From assembly GCF_021054785.1 (NCBI RefSeq), contig NZ_CP088239.1, positions 1,740,001 to 1,772,000 on the forward strand: 32,000 bases of DNA. The letters are read 5' to 3'. Of the stretch, positions 8,296 to 17,350 are shown in pieces. Position 1 is the first letter of the stretch, and each line of letters begins with the position of its first letter. Source of the DNA: Tannockella kyphosi (lineage in GTDB: Bacteria; Bacillota_I; Bacilli_A; Erysipelotrichales; Coprobacillaceae). A program made the translations under genes and the position numbers. Below the pieces are notes generated by a model that was given only the letters and a program-made list of their open reading frames with translations, searched no databases and was not told the DNA's origin.

Positions 8296-9210
8296 TTATT
8301 GCAATTCTAGCATTTTTATAATTAATGCCATTCTTGCATATTTTCCATATAATACTTGATCAAAATATTTTGCACGAGGATCATCATCTACTTCCACTGC
8401 TATTTCGTTCACACGAGGTAATGGGTGTAAGATAGTTAACTCTGGTTTTGAGTTCGCAATCTTTTTAAGATCTAAAATATAAGTGTCTTTTAGACGAATA
8501 TAATCTTGTTCATTAAAGAATCTTTCTTTTTGAACACGAGTCATGTAAATAATATCTAATTCTTCAATAACATCTTCTATTTTTTCAACTTCAACATAGT
8601 CTAGGTTTTTTGCTTCTAATAAATCTTTTTTTAGATATTCAGGAATTTTTAATTCTTGAGGAGCAATAAACACAAACTTCATGTTTGGATATCTAGAAAG
8701 AGCTTTTAACAAAGAATGCACTGTTCTACCAAATTTTAAATCTCCACAAAAACCGACTGTTAAATTTTCCAATCTTCCATTTTCATTTTTAATCGTTAAT
8801 AAATCAGTTAATGTTTGAGTTGGGTGGTTATGTCCACCATCTCCAGCATTAATTAATGGTACTTTACTTCTTTTTAAAGCAACTAATGGTGCTCCTTCTT
8901 TAGGATGGCGCATTGCAATAATATCGCTATAACAAGATACTGTCCAAATCGTATCTGTTACACTTTCCCCTTTGGCAGCACTACTAGAATCTGCACTTGC
9001 AACGCCTAATACGTTTCCACCTAATTCCAACATTGCAGCTTCAAAGCTTAATCTAGTTCTTGTACTAGGTTCAAAGAACAAAGTAGCTAATGTTTTATGT
9101 TTGCATATCTCCTGATATTTGGTTTTATTTTTCATAATATCATTTGCGAGTTCTAATAATTCATCAATTTCTTGCAATGATAAGTCTTTAGGGTCTATTA
9201 AGTATTTCAT
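8296..9210 (-). CDS. pyrB: Aspartate carbamoyltransferase catalytic subunit
   Basis: Carbamoyl-phosphate motif STRTRLSFE, plus HPTQ and HPLPR motifs. 304 aa. Confidence 0.95.
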   Translation of the reverse strand: MKYLIDPKDLSLQEIDELLELANDIMKNKTKYQEICKHKTLATLFFEPSTRTRLSFEAAMLELGGNVLGVASADSSSAAKGESVTDTIWTVSCYSDIIAMRHPKEGAPLVALKRSKVPLINAGDGGHNHPTQTLTDLLTIKNENGRLENLTVGFCGDLKFGRTVHSLLKALSRYPNMKFVFIAPQELKIPEYLKKDLLEAKNLDYVEVEKIEDVIEELDIIYMTRVQKERFFNEQDYIRLKDTYILDLKKIANSKPELTILHPLPRVNEIAVEVDDDPRAKYFDQVLYGKYARMALIIKMLELQ

Positions 9211-9236
9211 GTCACCGCTCCTATCTATTTTTACAA

Positions 9237-9245
9237 ATTATACCA
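9237..9245 (-). promoter_or_regulatory. Candidate extended -10 promoter for pyrBI
   Basis: Minus strand reads TGGTATAAT about 25 nt upstream of the pyrB ATG, in the 42-nt gap after the kinase gene. No good -35 element. Confidence 0.4.
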
Positions 9246-9252
9246 CTATTTA

Positions 9253-10677
9253 TTATTTGTTAGAAGATGTTTTTTGATACGTTGGTAAGCTAAATGAAAA
9301 CTCTACCCCTTTTTCTTTGTTTTCAACAAAGAATCTACCTTTATGATGTTGAATAATAATTTTTACAATATGTAATCCTAGCCCTGCATGAACTCCTTTT
9401 GTTCGTGTTCTTGACTCATCAACCTTATAAAAACTATTCCATATTTGTTTTATTTTTTCATCTTCAATTTTATTACCATCATTATAAACAGAAAATACTA
9501 CCTTATCCTCTTGTTTATCTAAACATATTTTAATATGACCTTCTTTTGAAACATGACTAATTGCATTATTTATATAATTGCGCATTGCTTCTTGAAGTTG
9601 TTTTCGATCGCCATGAACATATACTTCTCCATCAATTGATAATTGTAATTGATATTCACTTGTTAAGAATTGATAAGTTTGTAATACTTCATGACATAAT
9701 CCTGTTAAATATATTTCTTCAAAATGCATTTTTGATAAACCATGTTCAATATTAGAAAGATTTAACATATCTTTTACAATTGCATCTAAACGTTTTGTTT
9801 CTTCTAGTATTACGGTATAATACATTTCTTTATCAATACCTGGTGTATTACTTTGTAAACTTTCGGTATAGATTTGTAAAAGAGCTAAAGGAGTTTTCAT
9901 TTCATGAGAAACATTCGCAATAAATTGTTTTTTCATTTCTTCATTTTCTTTTTGATAATCAATATCTTTTTGTAGTTCGATAATTGTATTGTGTAATTGT
10001 GCTGACATTTCATTAATACTTTTTGATAAGCTTTCCATTTCATAAGAACTAGCTTTTTCATTTGCTTTGCTTGAAAAATCTAATTTAGCAACTTTTTTAG
10101 CAACACTCTCTACTTCTAAAATAGGTCTTGTTAAGTTTTTAGATGCGATATAAACTACAATTCCTCCAAATATAATAACAAAAATAGCGATCATTATACT
10201 AGCTTCTGTAAATAAGGAAATACTGTTTTCTATAGACTCTACGGGAGCGGATAAAGAAACATAGATAGTTTGATCTTCGTATTCAAAGCTACCTTGTAAA
10301 CCAACTACTTCCATTAAGTCATCTTCCATGGACGCTAATACACCAGCTTCAGGATCACCACTAAAAGCTTGTAATTCTAGTGGTTTTATCGGAACTATTG
10401 AACTTAGTCTAGTAGAGTAAATCATTGTATCTTCACTAAAGATAATAACAGATATTCCAGATATTTCATTTTCTTGACTAGTTAGTCCATATAATGTCTC
10501 TGTATTGTTTTCAAAATTTTCTTTTATCTTATCAAATAATTCTTGTACTTCTTGTTCTTTTTTTGCAATAAAATATTCTTTTGAAAAACCAATATTAAAT
10601 ACTATTTGAATACCTAACATACAAATAATAAGTGCTCCAAATATAAAAGTTATTCTAGTTTGAAAACTCTTTTTCAT
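9253..10677 (-). CDS. Sensor histidine kinase (two TMs, extracytoplasmic loop, HAMP, HisKA, HATPase)
   Basis: H-box FIANVSHEMKTPL. N-, G1- and G2-type motifs in the C-terminal third (NAISH, VYNDG, GLGLHIV). Overlaps the response-regulator stop by 4 nt. Confidence 0.9.
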   Translation of the reverse strand: MKKSFQTRITFIFGALIICMLGIQIVFNIGFSKEYFIAKKEQEVQELFDKIKENFENNTETLYGLTSQENEISGISVIIFSEDTMIYSTRLSSIVPIKPLELQAFSGDPEAGVLASMEDDLMEVVGLQGSFEYEDQTIYVSLSAPVESIENSISLFTEASIMIAIFVIIFGGIVVYIASKNLTRPILEVESVAKKVAKLDFSSKANEKASSYEMESLSKSINEMSAQLHNTIIELQKDIDYQKENEEMKKQFIANVSHEMKTPLALLQIYTESLQSNTPGIDKEMYYTVILEETKRLDAIVKDMLNLSNIEHGLSKMHFEEIYLTGLCHEVLQTYQFLTSEYQLQLSIDGEVYVHGDRKQLQEAMRNYINNAISHVSKEGHIKICLDKQEDKVVFSVYNDGNKIEDEKIKQIWNSFYKVDESRTRTKGVHAGLGLHIVKIIIQHHKGRFFVENKEKGVEFSFSLPTYQKTSSNK

Positions 10678-11363
10678 ACTTGCACCTCAAATAAATATCC
10701 TACTCCATGAACGGTTTTAATATAATGAGAACATCCTTTTAACTTCATTCTTAATTGTTTAATATGGGTATCTACAGTACGATTATCTCCTTGATAATCA
10801 TACCCCCATACTTGTAATAAGATTTGTTCTCTTGTTAATGTGATTTCTTTATTTAAAATAAAATATTGTAATAAGTCATATTCTCTTCTAGTAAGTTCAA
10901 TAGGTTTGTTTTCTAGTAATACAGTTCGTTTGGAAGGTACTAATGTAAGGAGGCCTAAGTTATGTGTTTGTTCTGTTTGTTTCATTGTTCTTCTAAGAAC
11001 TGATTCTACTCTTGCTATTAATAAAGACAAAGAAAATGGTTTCGTAATATAGTCATCTACTCCATATTGAAATCCTTTTATTTGATCATATTCTTCACTC
11101 TTTGCTGTTAACATAATAACAGGTGTATCAAACTTATTTTCTCTTAATTCAATTAATGTTTCAAAACCATCTTTAACAGGCATCATAACATCTAATAAAA
11201 TAAGATCAATCATCGTATTATTTTGATAATGTATATCTAATGCAACTTGTCCATTTTCAGCAAGTAATACTTCATAATTTTGTGCTACAAAAAAATCCTT
11301 TAACACAACTAACATTCTAACTTCATCATCCACAATTAAAATACATTGTTTATTTCCAATCAT
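10674..11363 (-). CDS. OmpR-family response regulator
   Basis: Receiver motifs ILIVDDE, DLILLDVMMP and LTAK, with a winged-helix C-terminus (RTVDTHIKQLRMKL, VHGVGY). AAAGAGGTG RBS precedes ATG 11363, so the track start at 11393 is rejected. Confidence 0.9.
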   Translation of the reverse strand: MIGNKQCILIVDDEVRMLVVLKDFFVAQNYEVLLAENGQVALDIHYQNNTMIDLILLDVMMPVKDGFETLIELRENKFDTPVIMLTAKSEEYDQIKGFQYGVDDYITKPFSLSLLIARVESVLRRTMKQTEQTHNLGLLTLVPSKRTVLLENKPIELTRREYDLLQYFILNKEITLTREQILLQVWGYDYQGDNRTVDTHIKQLRMKLKGCSHYIKTVHGVGYLFEVQV

Positions 11364-11383
11364 TTCTATCACCTCTTTAACAT

Positions 11384-11392
11384 AGTATAGCA
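11384..11392 (-). promoter_or_regulatory. Candidate extended -10 promoter for the two-component operon
   Basis: Minus strand reads TGCTATACT just downstream of the EIIC_2 terminator. No convincing -35 element. Confidence 0.35.
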
Positions 11393-11417
11393 TAATTATG
11401 ATAGGTATGTGAGGAGA

Positions 11418-11442
11418 TAAAAAAAAGGAGAGAAATCTCCTT
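11418..11442 (-). terminator. Intrinsic terminator after the MATE/EIIC_2 unit
   Basis: Minus RNA AAGGAGA-UUUC-UCUCCUU followed by a run of 8 U. Overlaps the stop codon at 11441-11443. Confidence 0.65.
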
Positions 11443-12445
11443 AAAATTTAGTTAACTTTAAATCTCCTGCTTTAATATAATTTAACTTACGGAATCCTTT
11501 GTAAATACCATAACAAATAAAGATCGGTAACAATATATCCACACACATTACAACTACCCATGAACTAGCACCCATAACATCAACCGCTGCAAGTGGTCCT
11601 ACAAATCCTGCAGTACCCATTCCTGAACCTACGGCACTACATTCAATACCAAAAACAATCGTTGAAATTGGTGCAATGATAGCACTAGTTATAATAGGTG
11701 GTAACCATATAATAGGATTACGAACAATGTTTTTAAATTGTAACATACTTGTTCCAATCCCAATTGCAATTACATCTCCAATATCATTATCATCCATGGA
11801 CATCATTGCAAAGCCAATCATTTGAGCACAACATCCTGCTAATGCAGCACCTGCTGCAAGACCAGATAAATTTAACATAACTCCAATAGCAGCACTAGAA
11901 ATAGGCGCAGTTAAAGCCATTCCCATTAAGACTGCTACAATAATAGACATAAAGAGTGGTTGCATAGCAACTCCTTGATTAATCAATTCTCCTATCCAAG
12001 TAATAAATAATGTAATATAAGGACCCACAAATGTAGAAACGATTCCTGCTACTACAATAGATGTAAACGGCACTAATAAAATATCAACCGGTGTTTTTCC
12101 CTGAACTAGCTTTGTTGCTTCTACAGCTGCAATAACAGCCACATAAGCACTAATTGGATTTCCAACACTAACAACACCATTCACATAAGTTCCTGCACCT
12201 ATTGCCCCCGCAATAACTGCAACGATTAAGTTTAAACCAGTTGCTCCAATTGCATAAGCAATACCAACTCCAATAGCTGGACCCATTAAGATACTTGCTA
12301 CACCACCCCAAGTAACAAGTTGTGTAATTCCACTATAGCTACCAATTTGTGTCAAAATAGTTCCTATAATTAAACTACTAAAAAATCCATAAGCCATCCC
12401 ATTTAAAGTCTTTACTACATAATTACCCTTACTAACCTTTGCCAT
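11441..12445 (-). CDS. PTS_EIIC_2-type membrane protein (orphan EIIC-like transporter)
   Basis: 334-aa, Gly/Ala-rich polytopic protein. The N-terminus MAKVSKGNYVVKTLNGMAYGFFSSLIIGTIL matches my memory of the PTS_EIIC_2 (PF13303-like) family. No EIIA or EIIB gene is adjacent. Confidence 0.65.
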   Translation of the reverse strand: MAKVSKGNYVVKTLNGMAYGFFSSLIIGTILTQIGSYSGITQLVTWGGVASILMGPAIGVGIAYAIGATGLNLIVAVIAGAIGAGTYVNGVVSVGNPISAYVAVIAAVEATKLVQGKTPVDILLVPFTSIVVAGIVSTFVGPYITLFITWIGELINQGVAMQPLFMSIIVAVLMGMALTAPISSAAIGVMLNLSGLAAGAALAGCCAQMIGFAMMSMDDNDIGDVIAIGIGTSMLQFKNIVRNPIIWLPPIITSAIIAPISTIVFGIECSAVGSGMGTAGFVGPLAAVDVMGASSWVVVMCVDILLPIFICYGIYKGFRKLNYIKAGDLKLTKF

Positions 12446-12455
12446 ACACTTTCCC

Positions 12456-13805
12456 CTATTCCGTAATATTCTTTATCCATCTTCCTTTTTGGAAAAAATA
12501 AATTGCTGCAAACATTTTTATAATATCTAACCCTTCTACAATCATATATAACGTAACAAGAGGTAGACCTGTAAACATAGACAGCATCGTTGATACAAAA
12601 ACTCCCCCTGCCCATAAAAATCCAGAATCCAATAGCAGTGTCGAAACAATATCTCCTCCCGCTCTAAGTATAAAGAAAACACAAACATTAATCACATAAA
12701 AAATCAATAATATTCCCTTCACTCTTAAAAGTATAGTTATCGTTTCTTGTACTACTAAATCTAAATTATATGCATAAGGAATATAGGCAGCAGCAACGAA
12801 ATTAATACTACATAATATAATAGCTACTATCCAACCAAAAAACAATAGTTTTATCGCATTATCTTTGGCTTCTTTTAACTCTCCTGCCCCCAGCCTCTTT
12901 CCAATCATAATTGAAACAGCCGAAGACAATCCTGCAAAAATAATAAACAAAATTTGAACAACCGTATCAACCACTGAAATAGAAGCGGCTAAATACTCAT
13001 CACATCGCATATAAGAAATATAAATAGCAGCTTGTCCTAAACTAAAAAAGATTTCATTTACTGTTAATGGAGCTGCTTTATGAAATATCCTTTGTACTAA
13101 ATCCTTATTAAAACGTACTATCTTTTTAACATCCAAACAAAAGAAATGTTTTGCACGAATAAGTGCAATAACATAAATAATCATTTCTACACATCTTGCA
13201 ATAACTGTTGCAATTGCTGCTCCTTGAACTCCCAATTCTGGAAACCCAAAATTACCAAAAATAAAACAATAATTAAAAAAAGTATTTGTTAGTACTGCAA
13301 CACTTCCTACTTTTAATTGTAACTTAGTAATACCAACACAACGCATGGACATCATACAACAAAAGCTTATTCCATAAGGTAGATAAGAAAACTTTGCATA
13401 TTCAATATAAGCCAAACTTTCATTCACTATTTCTGGTGTTGTCGTAAAAAAATGAACAATAAACTCTGGGCATATAAATAAAATACTAACAAAAAGAATT
13501 CCAATCAAAAGACAAAAAGACATACACGTATCAAACACTTCTTGACATTTATCCTCTTTTTTAGCACCTAAGTATTGTGATAAATAAATTCCTGCTGCTC
13601 CACAAAAGCCAAACAGAGTTGAATTATATAGAATATAAATCTTATTAGCGACAGTAACCGATGTCAACGCAATCCCACCAACACTACCAATCATAATATT
13701 ATCAATCAGACTGACAAAAGCAGTAATAAATTGCTGTGCCATAATAGGCAAAGCAATCATCGTAGTTTCTTTATAGAATTGTTTTGTCCCTATTAATCGT
13801 TTCAT
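12456..13805 (-). CDS. MATE-family efflux transporter
   Basis: 449 aa, about 12 TMs. N-terminal LPIMAQQFITAFVSLIDNIMIG is typical of MatE repeats. GGGAGA RBS. Confidence 0.9.
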   Translation of the reverse strand: MKRLIGTKQFYKETTMIALPIMAQQFITAFVSLIDNIMIGSVGGIALTSVTVANKIYILYNSTLFGFCGAAGIYLSQYLGAKKEDKCQEVFDTCMSFCLLIGILFVSILFICPEFIVHFFTTTPEIVNESLAYIEYAKFSYLPYGISFCCMMSMRCVGITKLQLKVGSVAVLTNTFFNYCFIFGNFGFPELGVQGAAIATVIARCVEMIIYVIALIRAKHFFCLDVKKIVRFNKDLVQRIFHKAAPLTVNEIFFSLGQAAIYISYMRCDEYLAASISVVDTVVQILFIIFAGLSSAVSIMIGKRLGAGELKEAKDNAIKLLFFGWIVAIILCSINFVAAAYIPYAYNLDLVVQETITILLRVKGILLIFYVINVCVFFILRAGGDIVSTLLLDSGFLWAGGVFVSTMLSMFTGLPLVTLYMIVEGLDIIKMFAAIYFFQKGRWIKNITE

Positions 13806-13823
13806 ATTATCTCCCTAATATAC

Positions 13824-13844
13824 AAAAAAACACCCAAAGGGTGT
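13824..13844 (-). terminator. Short intrinsic terminator after tRNA-Ala
   Basis: Minus RNA ACACCC-UUU-GGGUGU followed by 7 U. Lies 12 nt after the tRNA-Ala CCA end and only 18 nt before the MATE start codon. Confidence 0.6.
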
Positions 13845-13855
13845 CGGTTTTAACT

Positions 13856-13931
13856 TGGTGGAGCCTAGCGGGATCGAACCGCTGACCCCCTGCGTGCAAG
13901 GCAGGTGCTCTCCCAGCTGAGCTAAGGCCCC
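13856..13931 (-). tRNA. tRNA-Ala (anticodon UGC), CCA encoded
   Basis: Reverse complement GGGGCCTTAGCTCAGCTGGGAGAGCACCTGCCTTGCACGCAGGGGGTCAGCGGTTCGATCCCGCTAGGCTCCACCA. G3:U70 identity pair present; anticodon loop CTTGCAC. Confidence 0.95.
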
Positions 13932-13947
13932 AAAGAATATTAAATTA

Positions 13948-14024
<77 letters not shown>

Positions 14025-14052
14025 ATAATGTAATAATCTGCAAATTAATTAA

Positions 14053-14129
<77 letters not shown>

Positions 14130-14148
14130 ATCAATTAACTGCCATATC

Positions 14149-14177
14149 ATAATATCATGTACTACAATAATCGTCAA
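14149..14177 (-). promoter_or_regulatory. Sigma-A type promoter of the tRNA operon
   Basis: Minus strand TTGACG (14177-14172), a 17-nt spacer, then TATTAT (14154-14149). Lies about 20 nt upstream of the first tRNA-Ile. Confidence 0.6.
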
Positions 14178-14318
14178 TAGCTTTTTGTCTTTTTTTTACA
14201 CAATGCAAAAGTCTTTTCTTTCCTAAAAAATACTCAAAAATAATTCATCTATCTTTTATCTTGAATTCATCTATATAATATCATTTTATTGTTCTATTTC
14301 TATCTATTTATAAGCATT

Positions 14319-14492
14319 AAAAAAGATTATCTTATTAGACAATCTTTTGTGTTGCTTTTAGTATTTGATACATATCTTCTTCTAATAATACTTTGGCACT
14401 ACCTATTTTTCCTTTATTTCCTAGGGCACATAAGTTAGCCATTGTGCGAAGTTGTTGGTCTGTAGCGTTAACACCCAACTCTTCCATTGTAA
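14319..14492. repeat. Direct repeat copy 1 (174 bp): orphan copy of the Fe-ADH 3' end plus terminator
   Basis: Base-for-base identical to 21872-22045 by manual alignment. Identity breaks sharply at 14493 (CTGTCACC here versus TAGGCATA in copy 2) and at the end of the A-run on the outer side. Confidence 0.9.
14335..14492 (-). pseudogene. Displaced 3' fragment of the iron-containing alcohol dehydrogenase gene (last 51 codons)
   Basis: Encodes TMEELGVNATDQQLRTMANLCALGNKGKIGSAKVLLEEDMYQILKATQKIV, identical to the C-terminus of the 395-aa ORF at 21888-23075. In the track it is fused to 45 unrelated codons (ORF 14335-14625) with no RBS. Confidence 0.85.
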
Positions 14493-14640
14493 CTGTCACC
14501 ATAATACCATATTCCTTATAGTCATCACAAAACAGAGAGAATTGCCTATCAACTGAAATTCCCCTAGTCACAAAAAAGCTTATCAATAAATAAAATTGAA
14601 AATTCTTAAATGTAGCCTCAAACATAAATAAAAGAGAGTT

Positions 14641-15240
14641 TTATTTCTTGCTGTTCAACCTTTCACCAACCGCTCCTCCTGGATGAACTAAAGCAAAGCT
14701 TTCCACCTTGTAATCTATCTCTTCCATAATAGCAGTTTGCAAAACATGGAAAATCATGCATAACGCCGTAGACGAAGTCGTCCCTTGACAATTGTATCTA
14801 TCCACTTCCTTGTTTACATATTGCTTTAAAACTATATCCGATTCTAACGCCATTTCAGAACCCATATTCTCAGTTATAGTGATAACTTTAACTCCTTTGT
14901 TCTTACATATGCCAATTAAAGGAATCAACTCTTTTGTTTTTCCTCCTCTTGACGCTAAAACTAACACATCACCTTTTTGTAAAAAACCCATTCCGCCATG
15001 TATCGCTTCAGCAGGAGATATAAATTTTGATGGTCTGTCAATACAGCATAGTAAATGCGAAAAATGTTGGCACATAATTCCAGAATGCCCACAACCTGAA
15101 GTACCAATTCTAGGTGCATTAATTAAAATTTCAACTGCTTCTGATAACTTCACAACATCCAAATGAGAGCTCATTTCACTCAAACAACCAGACTCTATCT
15201 TAAACGCTTCATTAATTATTATCTTCGTTTCCTCTTTCAT
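14641..15240 (-). CDS. SIS-domain sugar-phosphate isomerase, KpsF/GutQ-like without CBS domains
   Basis: 199 aa. Contains IGTSGCGHSGIMCQHFSHLL (SIS phosphosugar loop region), VLASRGGKT and the C-terminal LVHPGGAVGERL motif typical of arabinose-5-P isomerase-type SIS proteins. Confidence 0.75.
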   Translation of the reverse strand: MKEETKIIINEAFKIESGCLSEMSSHLDVVKLSEAVEILINAPRIGTSGCGHSGIMCQHFSHLLCCIDRPSKFISPAEAIHGGMGFLQKGDVLVLASRGGKTKELIPLIGICKNKGVKVITITENMGSEMALESDIVLKQYVNKEVDRYNCQGTTSSTALCMIFHVLQTAIMEEIDYKVESFALVHPGGAVGERLNSKK

Positions 15241-15287
15241 ATTTTATCGATAAATAGCAATTAGCTATTTTCCCCTTCTACATTATT

Positions 15288-17273
15288 TCATTCTTTATAA
15301 CATAACTTCTTAAATATTTGATCTCCATTCATTTCTAGTAGTTTTCTTCTTCTATCAAAATCCTGACCAATTGAAACAATTTCTTTAAACAAGTCCGCAT
15401 GATCATCAATTCCTCTAGATGAAAAGCAAAATAGAAAATTAACAGATCTATCTCCTTCTGAAAATAAAATTCCTTTTTTTGAAACCAATAAACTTAATCC
15501 ATTTTCGTATACTTCATATTCTTTTCCTGCGTGAGCTAAAGCCACCCCACTGCCTAAAATTATATAATCACCATAGTCTTCAATATTTTGTATTGCCTTC
15601 TCAACAAAAGATGGTCCCACGCAGTTTCTTTCTACTAATTTTTTACCCGCTAATCTTATTCCATCTTTCCAGCTTGTAATTGTTTCATCCAATATCAACG
15701 AGTCCCTCGATAAAAGTTCGCCTATTAAGCTAACTTTCGAGTTATCACAACCAGATCTTTCAACATCCCATTGTCTACTAAAATTATCCGTGACACACTC
15801 AAACCTATCATTATCCATTCTCACATATCCATTCGTACTTTGAATTTCAAACGTCATTTTTTGAATCAAATTTATGTCTTCCATAGATAAAACAGGATTT
15901 ACTTTAATACTTTTTATATCTTGTTTTTCAACTTGTACAGTAGAAATTATTAAATCAATAGGTACAACACCTTCTAATCTGCTAGATACAGGAAAAACAC
16001 CCACTATTTCAAAATCAAAATAATTTCGTATTTGAACTTCTAAATACTTACCTGTTGCCATACTCCCAGGACATATAATAGCGACATTTAATTTTTTCAT
16101 TTTTTCATTTTCCTTCAATAAAGAAACACAGATATGAATAAGAATCGACTTTTTCATATTAGAGTTGATTCTGTAAGATAAGTATTTTTCTAATATGTAA
16201 ATATACTTATCTACAATACGTGAGAGATTCTGAAAGTCAATGAAGGGCATATTGCTACCTTTAAATTCAAATTCTAATTCGCCCCATTTTCTCATGTTTT
16301 TAATATGCAGTAAAAGAGAAGAAACTAGAGTATCATCAAAATGGAGGTTATATTTAGTTTCCTCATCTATTTTTGATAAAAAATACAATATAATTTCGTA
16401 TAACTCGACATCGTCAACATTTTTAACATATAAATCTATATTTTTATCTAATAAATACTTTCTAAAATATTCTAACAGATGATCATTTACTTTATAACCC
16501 AACTTATACCCAACGTACATCATTAAATTATCCATTCTATCATAATTTTGATTTAGTGAAACACTTTCATCTTTTGAAGAAAACTGCCAATTAAACGCAA
16601 CAAATAAATATAAAATCGTATTTAATAATGAATCATCTATAAAAACAAAGCCATTTATATTTAGATATTCTTGTGTTAAATCACATATCGTATTAAACGA
16701 ATTTTCACAATTAAAAGCATTTAAAATATATTGTTTAAAAAAAGACTCATCATTATTTTCTAATAATAATTTTTTCATTACATGGACAATTACAGTAAGT
16801 CTTTTCTCCAATGTTGTTTCTATTCTTACACCTTTGCCCGCTTCCGAAACAACAGACACATCTTTAGAATGGAAATATTCTTTCACTATATCAAAGTCAC
16901 TTAAAACAGTAATTCTACTCACATAAAGTTGGTCCCCCAATTCCTTCATAACAATATTATTATCCCATAATAGTAACAATATGATATATGTTTGTCTTTC
17001 TTCAGGACTTAATTTGTATTGATAGATGTCCATGCTTTGTAAAACTCTTCCGATCAAACCAAATTCTTTACCAAAACCAGGAGTAAGATATCCATCAGGG
17101 CTTAAAAGAATTTCCGGAATATTGTTCGACTTCAAAAAAACATTTATTTCAGCCAAATCTTTTCTTGCCGTTTTGTCTGATATTTTATATTTTTCCATTA
17201 TTAATCTAAGTGAATAATTTTTATCCCCCTTGAGAATAAGTCGTAAAATCTCTTCCGATCTTTTCTTCATTCT
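15288..17273 (-). CDS. PRD-domain PTS-controlled transcriptional activator (MtlR/LicR/BglG family: HTH, PRDs, EIIB-Gat-like, EIIA-Mtl-like)
   Basis: N-terminal HTH region (ISDKTARKDLAEIN). Central PRD-like helical repeats. EIIB-like NVAIICPGSMATGKY with Cys. C-terminal EIIA-like GVALAHAG with His. AGGAGGTG RBS before ATG 17273. Confidence 0.85.
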   Translation of the reverse strand, partial: RMKKRSEEILRLILKGDKNYSLRLIMEKYKISDKTARKDLAEINVFLKSNNIPEILLSPDGYLTPGFGKEFGLIGRVLQSMDIYQYKLSPEERQTYIILLLLWDNNIVMKELGDQLYVSRITVLSDFDIVKEYFHSKDVSVVSEAGKGVRIETTLEKRLTVIVHVMKKLLLENNDESFFKQYILNAFNCENSFNTICDLTQEYLNINGFVFIDDSLLNTILYLFVAFNWQFSSKDESVSLNQNYDRMDNLMMYVGYKLGYKVNDHLLEYFRKYLLDKNIDLYVKNVDDVELYEIILYFLSKIDEETKYNLHFDDTLVSSLLLHIKNMRKWGELEFEFKGSNMPFIDFQNLSRIVDKYIYILEKYLSYRINSNMKKSILIHICVSLLKENEKMKKLNVAIICPGSMATGKYLEVQIRNYFDFEIVGVFPVSSRLEGVVPIDLIISTVQVEKQDIKSIKVNPVLSMEDINLIQKMTFEIQSTNGYVRMDNDRFECVTDNFSRQWDVERSGCDNSKVSLIGELLSRDSLILDETITSWKDGIRLAGKKLVERNCVGPSFVEKAIQNIEDYGDYIILGSGVALAHAGKEYEVYENGLSLLVSKKGILFSEGDRSVNFLFCFSSRGIDDHADLFKEIVSIGQDFDRRRKLLEMNGDQIFKKLCYKE

Positions 17274-17315
17274 TTCACCTCCTCTAAAATATATCAAAAA
17301 ACATTACATACAAAT

Positions 17316-17339
17316 CAAGGACAGCCTAAGCTATCCTTG
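17316..17339 (-). terminator. Stable hairpin between the EIIB gene and the regulator gene (possible partial terminator or processing site)
   Basis: Minus RNA CAAGGAUAGC-UUAG-GCUGUCCUUG, a 10-bp stem with one G-U pair. No immediate U-tract follows. Confidence 0.35.
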
Positions 17340-17350
17340 TTATACAATTT

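Noticed and set aside
12415-12615. 66-aa minus-strand ORF overlapping the MATE 3' end and the EIIC_2 5' end
   Set aside because: It is out of frame with both supported genes, has no RBS and has an arbitrary composition.
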